Shown: positions 10,628 to 17,958 of the stretch, piece after piece
Numbering within the stretch: position 1 is the stretch's first letter
How the letters are laid out: each line of letters starts with the position of its first letter
Assembly: GCA_046597825.1 (NCBI GenBank)
Contig: JBKJJX010000109.1
Span: 1 to 33,629 of the forward strand
DNA from: Bacteroidota bacterium
GTDB lineage: Bacteria > Bacteroidota > Ignavibacteria > UBA10030 > UBA6906
DNA length: 33,629 nucleotides
Reading direction: 5' to 3'
Notes under the pieces: generated by a model
What the model was told of the DNA's origin: nothing
Database searches by the model: none
Seen by the model: the letters and a program-made list of their open reading frames with translations, nothing else
Position numbers and translations under genes: made by a program

Positions 10628-11650
10628 TTGTCGTCTGCAAATACAATTCCCGTAACATCTTCCCGCTTCGAAGTCGTTCGGAGTATGGAAGCCTTCGTCA
10701 AAGATAATCTTGGAAAACTCCTCGTTCCTGTCGAAGAAAGCTGGCAACCCCACGATCTCCTTCCAAAGTTGGCGGGAGAAAACTGGAATGAACAGCTGAT
10801 TGAATTCAGAGCGAGAGCCGAGGCCCTGCCCGATGATGTTCTTGTTGTTCTTGTGGGTGATATGGTGACCGAAGAAGCACTTCCGACCTACCAAACGTGG
10901 CTCAACCGTCTTGAAGGATTGACAGATCAAACGGGCGCAAGCGATAATCCGTGGGCCCGCTGGAGCCGCGGCTGGACTGCCGAGGAAAACCGTCACGGTG
11001 ATTTGCTGAACAAGTATTTATACCTCACCGGCAGAGTCGATATGCGTGCCGTGGAAACGACCGTGCATCATCTGATCAACAACGGCTTCGATCCCAAAAC
11101 GGAAAACGATCCCTACCTCGGATTTATCTACACTTCATTTCAGGAACGCGCAACGAAGATTTCACATCGCAACGTGGGCGTGCTGGCGAAGAAATACGGC
11201 GAAGACCGGCTGCACAAGATTTGCGGAATGATTGCAGGTGATGAGGCGCGGCACGAGAAGGCATACAAGCTGTTCATGTCCAAAGTGTTCGAGCTCGATC
11301 CCGCGCAGGCTGTTCTTTCGTTTGCGAAGATGATGAAAACAAAAGTGACCATGCCCGCCGTGCTGATGTATGACGGCAAGGATACAAACCTCTTTGAGAA
11401 GTATTCCATCGTTGCACAGAAGACGGGCGTGTATACCGTTACCGACTACTCCGAAATCATTGCCGACTTGGTTGACCACTGGAAGCTTGAAACAATCGAA
11501 GGCCTCTCCGACGTTTCGGCGAAGGCGCAGGATTATCTTTGCAACCTCTCCGAACGTTACGCAAAACTCTCTGACCGCGTAAGCTTCTCCGGCAAAGAAA
11601 AATTCAGTTGGATTTTTGACCGCGACATCGTGCTCGGATTCAGCTCGTAA
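10628..11650 (+). CDS. desA: Soluble acyl-[acyl-carrier-protein] desaturase (di-iron, plant stearoyl-ACP/mycobacterial DesA1-like)
   Basis: Motifs WQP.D.LP, GDMVTEEALPTY, WTAEENRHG, YTSFQERAT and DEARHE (two ExxH iron ligand sets). The start may be TTG 10628 (GGAG upstream) or ATG 10685. Confidence 0.93.
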   Translation: MSSANTIPVTSSRFEVVRSMEAFVKDNLGKLLVPVEESWQPHDLLPKLAGENWNEQLIEFRARAEALPDDVLVVLVGDMVTEEALPTYQTWLNRLEGLTDQTGASDNPWARWSRGWTAEENRHGDLLNKYLYLTGRVDMRAVETTVHHLINNGFDPKTENDPYLGFIYTSFQERATKISHRNVGVLAKKYGEDRLHKICGMIAGDEARHEKAYKLFMSKVFELDPAQAVLSFAKMMKTKVTMPAVLMYDGKDTNLFEKYSIVAQKTGVYTVTDYSEIIADLVDHWKLETIEGLSDVSAKAQDYLCNLSERYAKLSDRVSFSGKEKFSWIFDRDIVLGFSS

Positions 11651-11885
11651 GCTCGCTTCGTTCCTACCAAATTCCCATTCCTTACGCAGAATTTAAATGC
11701 AGCGTTACTGCTGCGCGTATTGCCTTTTGCGGATGGGTTCGGTATCATTCACCGCACCCTAAAGGAAAAATAAACGAACCTTGAGGTGCGTTATACCGAC
11801 CAATACGGCGGGATAGACGTACCTTTGGTTTCGTAGTTACGGTAGGTAATTGCCATTTGCACAGCGAGTTTTTCTTGAGAAGAGT

Positions 11886-12458
11886 ATGACAAACGAAATC
11901 ATTGAATTAAGGAAGAGCTGCTGGAACGAGGCAGTATATTGTTTTGGCACTTCTGGAATATTCGGAAAGAGGGCGACCCGATATCGTCGCCTATTGCGGT
12001 TGCTCAGTTTTTTGGGAGTTGCTGTACCGGCGATGCTTGGAGGAATTCTATTGGCCTTCGGAACCAACTTCGAGTACTTGAGCCTGACAATCTATGTTGC
12101 TTCGTTGCTAGGTCTTCTGCAACTCGTGCTTTCGCTATGGTCACTAGTCGCTAAGTGGGAAGATGCGTTCGCATATTCCTTAGAATCTCTTTCATCAAAT
12201 CGCAACCTCGCCTCTCTTTTTGAAGAACTTGGGAAGAATCTGCCGTCTGATGAACGAGAATTCAGAGTGAGATATGATTTGCTTCAATCGGAGAATCGAT
12301 TGCGAACCAAACAAGACGACCAACAAATGATAACAATTAAAGAAAACCGGTACGGTATGCGTTTAGCACTCCGCCAATATCAGCGCGCTTGTGCAGGCTG
12401 CAATCTAGTGCCGACATCAATCAAGCCCACAGACTGTGATGTTTGTGGTAACTTCTAA
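11886..12458 (+). CDS. Mobilome CxxCx(11)CxxC protein: two N-terminal TM helices (SLATT-like layout) plus C-terminal zinc ribbon
   Basis: 190 aa from ATG 11886 (the track starts at TTG 11850). Hydrophobic segments LLSFLGVAVPAMLGGILLAF and LTIYVASLLGLLQLVLSLWSLV. C-terminus CAGC-NLVPTSIKPTD(11)-CDVC-GNF matches the TIGR04402 description as I recall it. Confidence 0.8.
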   Translation: MTNEIIELRKSCWNEAVYCFGTSGIFGKRATRYRRLLRLLSFLGVAVPAMLGGILLAFGTNFEYLSLTIYVASLLGLLQLVLSLWSLVAKWEDAFAYSLESLSSNRNLASLFEELGKNLPSDEREFRVRYDLLQSENRLRTKQDDQQMITIKENRYGMRLALRQYQRACAGCNLVPTSIKPTDCDVCGNF

Positions 12459-12470
12459 AGGAGAAACAAC

Positions 12471-12668
12471 ATGACCACAAAAGGATTGCGCGTACTCAAG
12501 GGATATATGGAGCTTCCCTCTTCTGAGAGAGACGAAGTCAAGCAAGAAATCGAAAGATACGAGAGGTCTTTGCAGAAAAGTCTAATCACGGAAGAAGTCG
12601 AAAAACAATTAAGGAAGTCTGTGCTAGGACCTTTGGGAAGTGGGGTCTGTCCCTGCTGCGGCAGATAG
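12471..12668 (+). CDS. Small hypothetical protein (65 aa) with charged helix and C-terminal CPCCGR motif
   Basis: Strong SD (AAAGGAG) 7 nt before the ATG; starts 12 nt after the upstream stop. The sequence is a helical core followed by LGPLGSGVCPCCGR. Confidence 0.78.
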   Translation: MTTKGLRVLKGYMELPSSERDEVKQEIERYERSLQKSLITEEVEKQLRKSVLGPLGSGVCPCCGR

Positions 12669-12720
12669 TGAACAGGTTTTGAATGGCGGATAAACGTGGT
12701 AGCGCATGGCACAAACAGCA

Positions 12721-12857
12721 ACTAACAAATGCAAGCACGTCATTCGTTCTTTTGTTAAGGCTTTAGCTCATGCCGACGCTCGCTCAATCTAATGGAAGTC
12801 AATCAGCAACACGCACAAGTTATAGAAAAGCGTTGAGCGTGCCGTTGCATTAAGGGC
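12721..12857. other. Imperfect long hairpin resembling a degenerate integron attC site
   Basis: ACTAAC core, then AATGCAA-GCACG-TCA (12728-12742) pairs with TGA-g-CGTGC-cg-TTGCATT (12834-12851) with bulged bases. No intact GTTRRRY at the right end. Confidence 0.4.
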
Positions 12858-12914
12858 AACAACACTTTGAGTGTTGCTATCGCTCGGTTGGTCAATTCAG
12901 TAAATTGGGACCGG

Positions 12915-14498
12915 ATGAAGACAATTGATGACATAAAGGCGTTGAAGGATGAACTGCCTAGTGCCTTTGCCGACAGGCTCGGCGTCCACTATTCATCCCA
13001 AGCCTCTGAAATGCACAAGAAGGGGAAGGGTCAGTTCTTCACGCCAGTTGACATTGCACGATTTATGGCAAGCCTGAACAATTGCAGAAAAGCAAAGGTA
13101 AGAATCCTCGATCCTGGTTGCGGGACTTGTGTTCTTTCCTGTTCGTTGACTGAAGCACTCCTTAATAGTGACCCCAACCTTGCGGAGATAGAACTTGTTG
13201 CCTATGAAACGGATGAGAAACTGATTTCTCTGGCTCAAGAATCATTGTCCTACCTGAAGAGATGGCTTAGACATCGAGGTGTGAAGCTTGATTTCGTGCT
13301 TCTGGTTTCTGACTTTGTCCTCGACAATTCAGACACACTGGAAAACCAAGATCGGACAACTGTATACTTTGATCTTGTAATTTCTAACCCACCCTATTTC
13401 AAACTCCCAAAATCTGATGGGAGAGTGAAAGCTGCCAATTCTGTTGTGCATGGTCAGCCAAATATCTACTCTATCTTCCTTTACACGGCGGCCACCCTTC
13501 TTGAGCCGAATGGACAGTTGATCTCCATTACTCCTCGTAGCTTTGCATCCGGTTCCTATTTCAGGCTTTTCCGTGACAAGTTCTTCTCCCTAGTTGAGTT
13601 GGAGAATGTGCATCTCTTTGATTCACGAAAGGAAACATTTCAAAGAGATGATGTTCTACAAGAGAACGTCATCATTTCTGCACGACGAAAACAATCAAAC
13701 GGTGAACAGCCGAGAGTAACAGTGTCCTCGTCGCACGGACTCAAAGACTTGCAGCAAAGACAAACAAGGGAGTTCTACCTAAATGAGTTGCTTGATACCA
13801 AGTCTTACCAAAAGATTCTCCACTTACCAACCTCAGATGACGAGACTAGGGTCATCCGTCTCTTCAAGTCTTGGGAAGGGAGCCTGAACGCTTACAATAT
13901 TGAGATTTCTACCGGCCCAGTTGTTTCATTCAGAGCCAAGGGATTCATCCATTCTGATGATAGAGGTGGGCTTTCTCTCGCACCGCTTTACTGGCTGCAC
14001 AATACCTCCAAGATGAGACTCATTTGGCCGCTTAACAAAAGTGGCAAAGGAGAATACATTCAAGTATGTGATCAGTCTTTGTCATTGCTGATTCCCAACA
14101 AGAACTATGTCCTACTTCGCCGATTCAGTTCCAAGGATGATGCCAGCAGACTCATCGCCACGCCGTATTTTGCTGACACAGTTGACGCCGATGTGATTGG
14201 TGTCGAGAACCATTTGAACTATATCTACCGACCAAGTGGCCACCTTGATCGGAAGGAGATCTTGGGTCTTGCTGCTTTGCTTAATAGTACACTCTTCGAC
14301 ACCTATTTCCGAACATTCAACGGCAATATCAACGTTAGTGCGACTGAACTGCGAGAAATGCCCCTGCCTCCTCTTGATACGATCAACCAAATTGGTAGCA
14401 CAATCATCTTGAGAAACGATTTCTCTCAAACCGTTGTAGACGAAATTATCGAACAGTTCTTTGAACTAGAAAAGGATCTCACACCAGCATATGAGTAA
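12915..14498 (+). CDS. Type II N6-adenine DNA methyltransferase, BsuBI/PstI-like (gamma class, Eco57I-type domain)
   Basis: GQFFTP (motif X), ILDPGCGT (motif I), VISNPPY (motif IV), then ITPRSF.SG.YF..FR and C-terminal LLRRFSSK / ENHLNY / FRTFNGNINVSATELR as in M.PstI/M.BsuBI. Likely ATG 12915; the track starts at TTG 12867. Confidence 0.92.
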   Translation: MKTIDDIKALKDELPSAFADRLGVHYSSQASEMHKKGKGQFFTPVDIARFMASLNNCRKAKVRILDPGCGTCVLSCSLTEALLNSDPNLAEIELVAYETDEKLISLAQESLSYLKRWLRHRGVKLDFVLLVSDFVLDNSDTLENQDRTTVYFDLVISNPPYFKLPKSDGRVKAANSVVHGQPNIYSIFLYTAATLLEPNGQLISITPRSFASGSYFRLFRDKFFSLVELENVHLFDSRKETFQRDDVLQENVIISARRKQSNGEQPRVTVSSSHGLKDLQQRQTREFYLNELLDTKSYQKILHLPTSDDETRVIRLFKSWEGSLNAYNIEISTGPVVSFRAKGFIHSDDRGGLSLAPLYWLHNTSKMRLIWPLNKSGKGEYIQVCDQSLSLLIPNKNYVLLRRFSSKDDASRLIATPYFADTVDADVIGVENHLNYIYRPSGHLDRKEILGLAALLNSTLFDTYFRTFNGNINVSATELREMPLPPLDTINQIGSTIILRNDFSQTVVDEIIEQFFELEKDLTPAYE

Positions 14499-15426
14499 AC
14501 TCAAGGACGCTCAAACAATTCTTAAAGAGCTTGGTCTTCCTCAGGCTCAGCAAAATGTAATCTCCGCTCTTACACTTCTCGCCCTATGCGGAGTAAAGGA
14601 GACCGATTCTTGGAAGGATGCTCAACGGTCGAGCCTCAAAGTCACCAAAGGCATCATGGCCTTCATAGCAAAACAGTACAAACGCCCTTACGCACCCAAC
14701 ACGCGTGAGACTTTCAGGCGGCAGGTGTTGCACCAATTTGTGCAGGCAAGGCTTGCTGACTACAATCCCGACAATCCACATTTGCCAGTCAACAGCCCGA
14801 ACGCACACTATGCTATTTCCAAAGCTGCGCTTGAGGTTATCAAGATGTTCGGATCAAGCAAATGGGAATCAGCATTGGCAGGATTCAAAGCAGAGGTCGG
14901 TGAACTCAAGAAACGCTATGTAAAAGATCGAAACCTTACGCTCATTCCGCTGAAGCTTTCCAACGGGATAACCATTCGACTCTCAGCGGGCAAGCATAAT
15001 CAAGTTCAAGCTGCTGTTGTGAATCAGTTTGCATCTCGGTTCGCCAAAGGTTCGGTGCTTCTCTATCTTGGTGATACTGCCAATAAAGACCTGCACATGG
15101 ACTCCAAGATGTTGAAGAAGCTCGGCATTCCAATTAACCAACACAGCAAGTTGCCTGATGTTGTCATTTACGACCCTGAGAAGGGCTGGCTTTACCTCAT
15201 CGAAGCTGTAACATCCCACGGCCCCATTACTCCTAAACGTATTGTTGAACTCGAAGACCTCTTAAGGAATTGTATCGCAGGGAAAATTTACGTATCTGCA
15301 TTCCCTGATTTTGCCGAGTTCAAACGACATACTGCTGCCTTGGCTTGGGAAACCGAGGTCTGGATAATGGAACACCCAGACCATATGATCCACTTCAACG
15401 GCGACAAGTTCATCGGGCCGAGATAG
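14491..15426 (+). CDS. BsuBI/PstI family type II restriction endonuclease
   Basis: 311 aa. Motifs YAPNTRETFRRQVLHQF, LSAGKHN.VQ, YLGDT, HSKLPDVV...LIEAVTSHGP, AWETEVW..E.P.HMIHFNGDKF.GP. Overlaps the MTase by 8 nt (ATGAGTAA). Confidence 0.93.
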   Translation: MSKLKDAQTILKELGLPQAQQNVISALTLLALCGVKETDSWKDAQRSSLKVTKGIMAFIAKQYKRPYAPNTRETFRRQVLHQFVQARLADYNPDNPHLPVNSPNAHYAISKAALEVIKMFGSSKWESALAGFKAEVGELKKRYVKDRNLTLIPLKLSNGITIRLSAGKHNQVQAAVVNQFASRFAKGSVLLYLGDTANKDLHMDSKMLKKLGIPINQHSKLPDVVIYDPEKGWLYLIEAVTSHGPITPKRIVELEDLLRNCIAGKIYVSAFPDFAEFKRHTAALAWETEVWIMEHPDHMIHFNGDKFIGPR

Positions 15427-15494
15427 TCGCAGGCCCATGGTCAAAAAGTTACTGCGCTTAACAACCGCTTCAGCTTTCTCCCTTCAATCACCGT

Positions 15495-16157
15495 TCAATC
15501 ACCGTGTAGTACAGCACACCGAATTTTCGCTACCTCCACAACCCGTATCCCCTCCACAGGATTCTCAATCGCATTCACCATCGTCTTCAGCATCTGATCA
15601 ATCGTAACAAGTCCCAGCCGTTTCGCCTGCTCTCTTGTTGAGGGGATTCTCTCCAACAACCAATAGACCGGCACAAAGAAATACGGCCACCAATGTCCCG
15701 GGCCAAGCACGTACCACGGACGCAAGAACGTTGCGCTCATTCCGCTTTCACGAATCAAACTCTCCCCTTCAACCCTCACTGCCTGATACTCCACCATCAT
15801 GGATGAAGGCTGCGCGACACTCAGGTACACAAAGTGTTTAACGCCGGCTTGCTTCGCTGCAGGGACGGATTCCTGCACCGACACCAAATCTACTTTCTTG
15901 AACTGTTTTTTCTTCGCCGGACCCGGATGCGCGACGCCGACGAGTTGTACGAAAGTATCGGCGGGACTGATATGCGATGCGAATGTGGATGCATCGAGAG
16001 CATCACCCGGAATTGCCATGCAGCCTTTGGGGAGTTTAGATTCCAATCCCGGGCGGACGAGCGCCTGCACCGTGTGCCCGCGTTGCACCAGTTGTGGAAT
16101 CAAACAGCTGCCGATGTAGCCGGTGCCGCCGGTAATGAAAACGTTTCGTGATTGCAT
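15495..16157 (-). CDS. NAD(P)-binding SDR / NmrA / epimerase-family protein
   Basis: Rossmann motif VFITGGTGYIG right after ATG 16157; also GVKHFVYLSV and ATFLRPWYVLGPG. The track's extension to 16253 runs into a repeat element. Confidence 0.88.
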   Translation of the reverse strand: MQSRNVFITGGTGYIGSCLIPQLVQRGHTVQALVRPGLESKLPKGCMAIPGDALDASTFASHISPADTFVQLVGVAHPGPAKKKQFKKVDLVSVQESVPAAKQAGVKHFVYLSVAQPSSMMVEYQAVRVEGESLIRESGMSATFLRPWYVLGPGHWWPYFFVPVYWLLERIPSTREQAKRLGLVTIDQMLKTMVNAIENPVEGIRVVEVAKIRCAVLHGD

Positions 16158-16203
16158 TGGAGACTCATGAGGGGATGATGGACAAAGTAGGAGGCGACAA
16201 ACT

Positions 16204-16328
16204 ATAGAGCATGTGTGAAAATCCATCGTGTCATGCTGAACTTGTTTCAGCATCCATCGAATTGTGGTGGATTCGCCTCAATAGATTCCGAAACAAGTTT
16301 GGAATGACAATTTTCACACAGCCACTAT
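16204..16328. mobile_element. MITE-like element with a nested REP-like doublet
   Basis: Terminal inverted repeats ATAGAGCATGTGTGAAAAT / ATTTTCACACAGCCACTAT (16 of 19 complementary). They enclose GTCATGCTGAACTTGTTTCAGCATC ... GATTCCGAAACAAGTTTGGAATGAC (16230-16308). Confidence 0.62.
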
Positions 16329-16361
16329 TAGGTTGGGACACGGCAACGTTTCAAAACGAGG

Positions 16362-16486
16362 ATTAACACCTCGATTCATCGAGGTGCATGAAAACGGTAC
16401 ACACGTTCCCGGGCAGACTGTTTAAACAGTCTACACCAGGATTATTGAATTAGGGTTCTTCCACCCGACTCAAGTCGGGTGTTAAT
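16362..16486. repeat. Tripartite palindromic element (REP/PATE-like)
   Basis: ATTAA-CACCTCGAT-tc-ATCGAGGTG ... perfect 18-bp palindrome AGACTGTTTAAACAGTCT (16415-16432) ... CACCCGACT-ca-AGTCGGGTG-TTAAT. The ends ATTAACACC/GGTGTTAAT are inverted repeats. Confidence 0.75.
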
Positions 16487-16509
16487 ATGAGGCCCGTACC
16501 GCGAGCACA

Positions 16510-17958
16510 TCATGAAGTCTTGAGAGAAAAACTAAACGTCGTCCCTTTTCCCACTTCGCTCTGCACGTACACAGTGCTGTCGTGAGCTTCAATAATGTGC
16601 TTCACGATTGCAAGGCCCAACCCCGTTCCGCCAACATCACGCGAACGATTTTTATCCACACGATAAAAACGTTCAAAAATTCTTGGCAGATGTTCTGCCG
16701 CAATTCCAACGCCCGTATCTGCAACGACCACGTTGACGTTCTCGCCCGCGGTTGAATAGGAAATCTTTACTTCACCGCCGGATCGATTGTATTTGATTGA
16801 ATTCTCCAACAGATTCTCAAACACGACGCGCAGCCGCTCTTTATCTCCAAGCACTTCGATATTCCGCGAGAGACCATCCGCAAGGCTCAACTTGACGTTG
16901 CTCTTTTGCGCGGCCGGCATCATTTCTTCTGTTAATCCCAGAAGAAATTCAAACAAATTGAAATATCGGAAACTCATCTTCATCTCGCGTGATTCAATTT
17001 GGGAGATGGTGATGAGGTCGCCCAGCAACGTATTCAGGCGGACAGAGTGGCTATACGCTTTCTTCAGAAACTCCCTGTTCACCGCAGGATCGTCAATCGC
17101 ACCATCAATGAGTGTTTCCAAAAATCCCTGCATGGAGAAAATCGGCGTCCGCAGTTCATGCGAAACGTTCCCGAGAAATTCACTCCGCACCCGCTCGAGC
17201 TTTTTCAGTTGCACAATATCAGCTTTGAGCGTGTCGACCATTTCGTTGACGGCGCGGGCAACCTGTGCGACCTCATCATTGCCATGCACTGCGATGCGCG
17301 TGTCAAGATTCCCGGCGCGGATCTTTTCGACAGACGCACCGATTTCAGCCATTGGCCCTGATATCCTACGCGAAACAAAGAAGCTGACAACAATCACCAG
17401 CAACAATACTATTGCTCCCGCCCCAAGAATAGTATTCCACTGCTCGTTCGCCACCGCCTGAACATCTCCGAGATGAGCACTCAGGCGAATGAAGCGGATG
17501 AATCGGATCTGCGGGGCCGGGTCTTCCGTTGCCGGAACACTGCGGACAAGCTTCGCCACGTACAGAAAATCCTGTCCGACTGTTGCGCTACGGCGTGTCG
17601 CTGTTCCAACTCCTTCGTTCAGCGCTTGCTGGATTTCAGGGCGCAGCAAATGATTCTTAACTGTTGCAATCCTTTCCCTCTGAACATCTGAATCGAAAAG
17701 CACTTTCCCTGCAGAATCAATCAACGTAATGCGAAGACCCATTGCGTGCGCAAGTTCCTGTACGCGCATCCGCATCGCATCTACACCATGAGTGGATTGC
17801 AGCACCGACTCGACAGCATCAATCCGGCGGGAGAGTTCCAGAATCTTCTGACGGGTGAGCGACCGTTGAGTTGCAAGGCTTGCGAACAAAGCAAAGGCCG
17901 AAACGGCGAGAAGGATCAGTACTGCGTAGGTAAGAGTTATTTTAGTTTGAAGTTTCAA
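16510..17958 (-). CDS. phoR: PhoR-like sensor histidine kinase (2 TM, sensory domain, HAMP, HisKA, HATPase)
   Basis: H-box EFLGNVSHELRTPI, N-box NLLENSIKYN, G1 DTGVGI, F-box RIFERFYRVDK.RSR, G2 GGTGLGLAIVKHI. The periplasmic NH..RPEI..A...G...R.S.T motif is typical of PhoR. TTG start abuts the upstream stop. Confidence 0.85.
   Translation of the reverse strand: MKLQTKITLTYAVLILLAVSAFALFASLATQRSLTRQKILELSRRIDAVESVLQSTHGVDAMRMRVQELAHAMGLRITLIDSAGKVLFDSDVQRERIATVKNHLLRPEIQQALNEGVGTATRRSATVGQDFLYVAKLVRSVPATEDPAPQIRFIRFIRLSAHLGDVQAVANEQWNTILGAGAIVLLLVIVVSFFVSRRISGPMAEIGASVEKIRAGNLDTRIAVHGNDEVAQVARAVNEMVDTLKADIVQLKKLERVRSEFLGNVSHELRTPIFSMQGFLETLIDGAIDDPAVNREFLKKAYSHSVRLNTLLGDLITISQIESREMKMSFRYFNLFEFLLGLTEEMMPAAQKSNVKLSLADGLSRNIEVLGDKERLRVVFENLLENSIKYNRSGGEVKISYSTAGENVNVVVADTGVGIAAEHLPRIFERFYRVDKNRSRDVGGTGLGLAIVKHIIEAHDSTVYVQSEVGKGTTFSFSLKTS

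Larger units (their letters stand above)
11750..15480 (+). mobile_element. Horizontally acquired defence-type island / possible cassette-array remnant (boundaries approximate)
   Basis: Four co-oriented accessory genes, visibly more A/T-rich codons (CTA, TTA, AGA) than the flanks, attC-like sequences after gene 2 and gene 4, and no integrase in the window. Confidence 0.55.

Noticed and set aside
11752-11797. CCGCACCCTAAAGG ... AACCTTGAGGTGCGTTATAC as a REP remnant or attI at the island's left edge
   Set aside because: Only half-palindromes remain and there is no second copy in the window; too degenerate to call.
12861-12875. Small hairpin AACACT-TTG-AGTGTT as a controller-protein (C-box) or MTase operator
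   Set aside because: No C-protein gene in the window; a single 6-bp stem is expected by chance.
16158-16253. N-terminal extension 'MLKQVQHD...' of the SDR ORF
   Set aside because: It is the translation of the REP-like repeat; the Rossmann motif directly follows ATG 16157.
16204-16486. Clustered palindromes as a CRISPR array or tRNA
   Set aside because: No regularly spaced direct repeats with unique spacers, no cas genes, and no cloverleaf or T-loop motif.
17484-17512. IRF-IRF-IRL micro-repeat in the kinase sensor domain
   Set aside because: In-frame imperfect 9-nt duplication with synonymous differences; no sign of a phase-variable tract.
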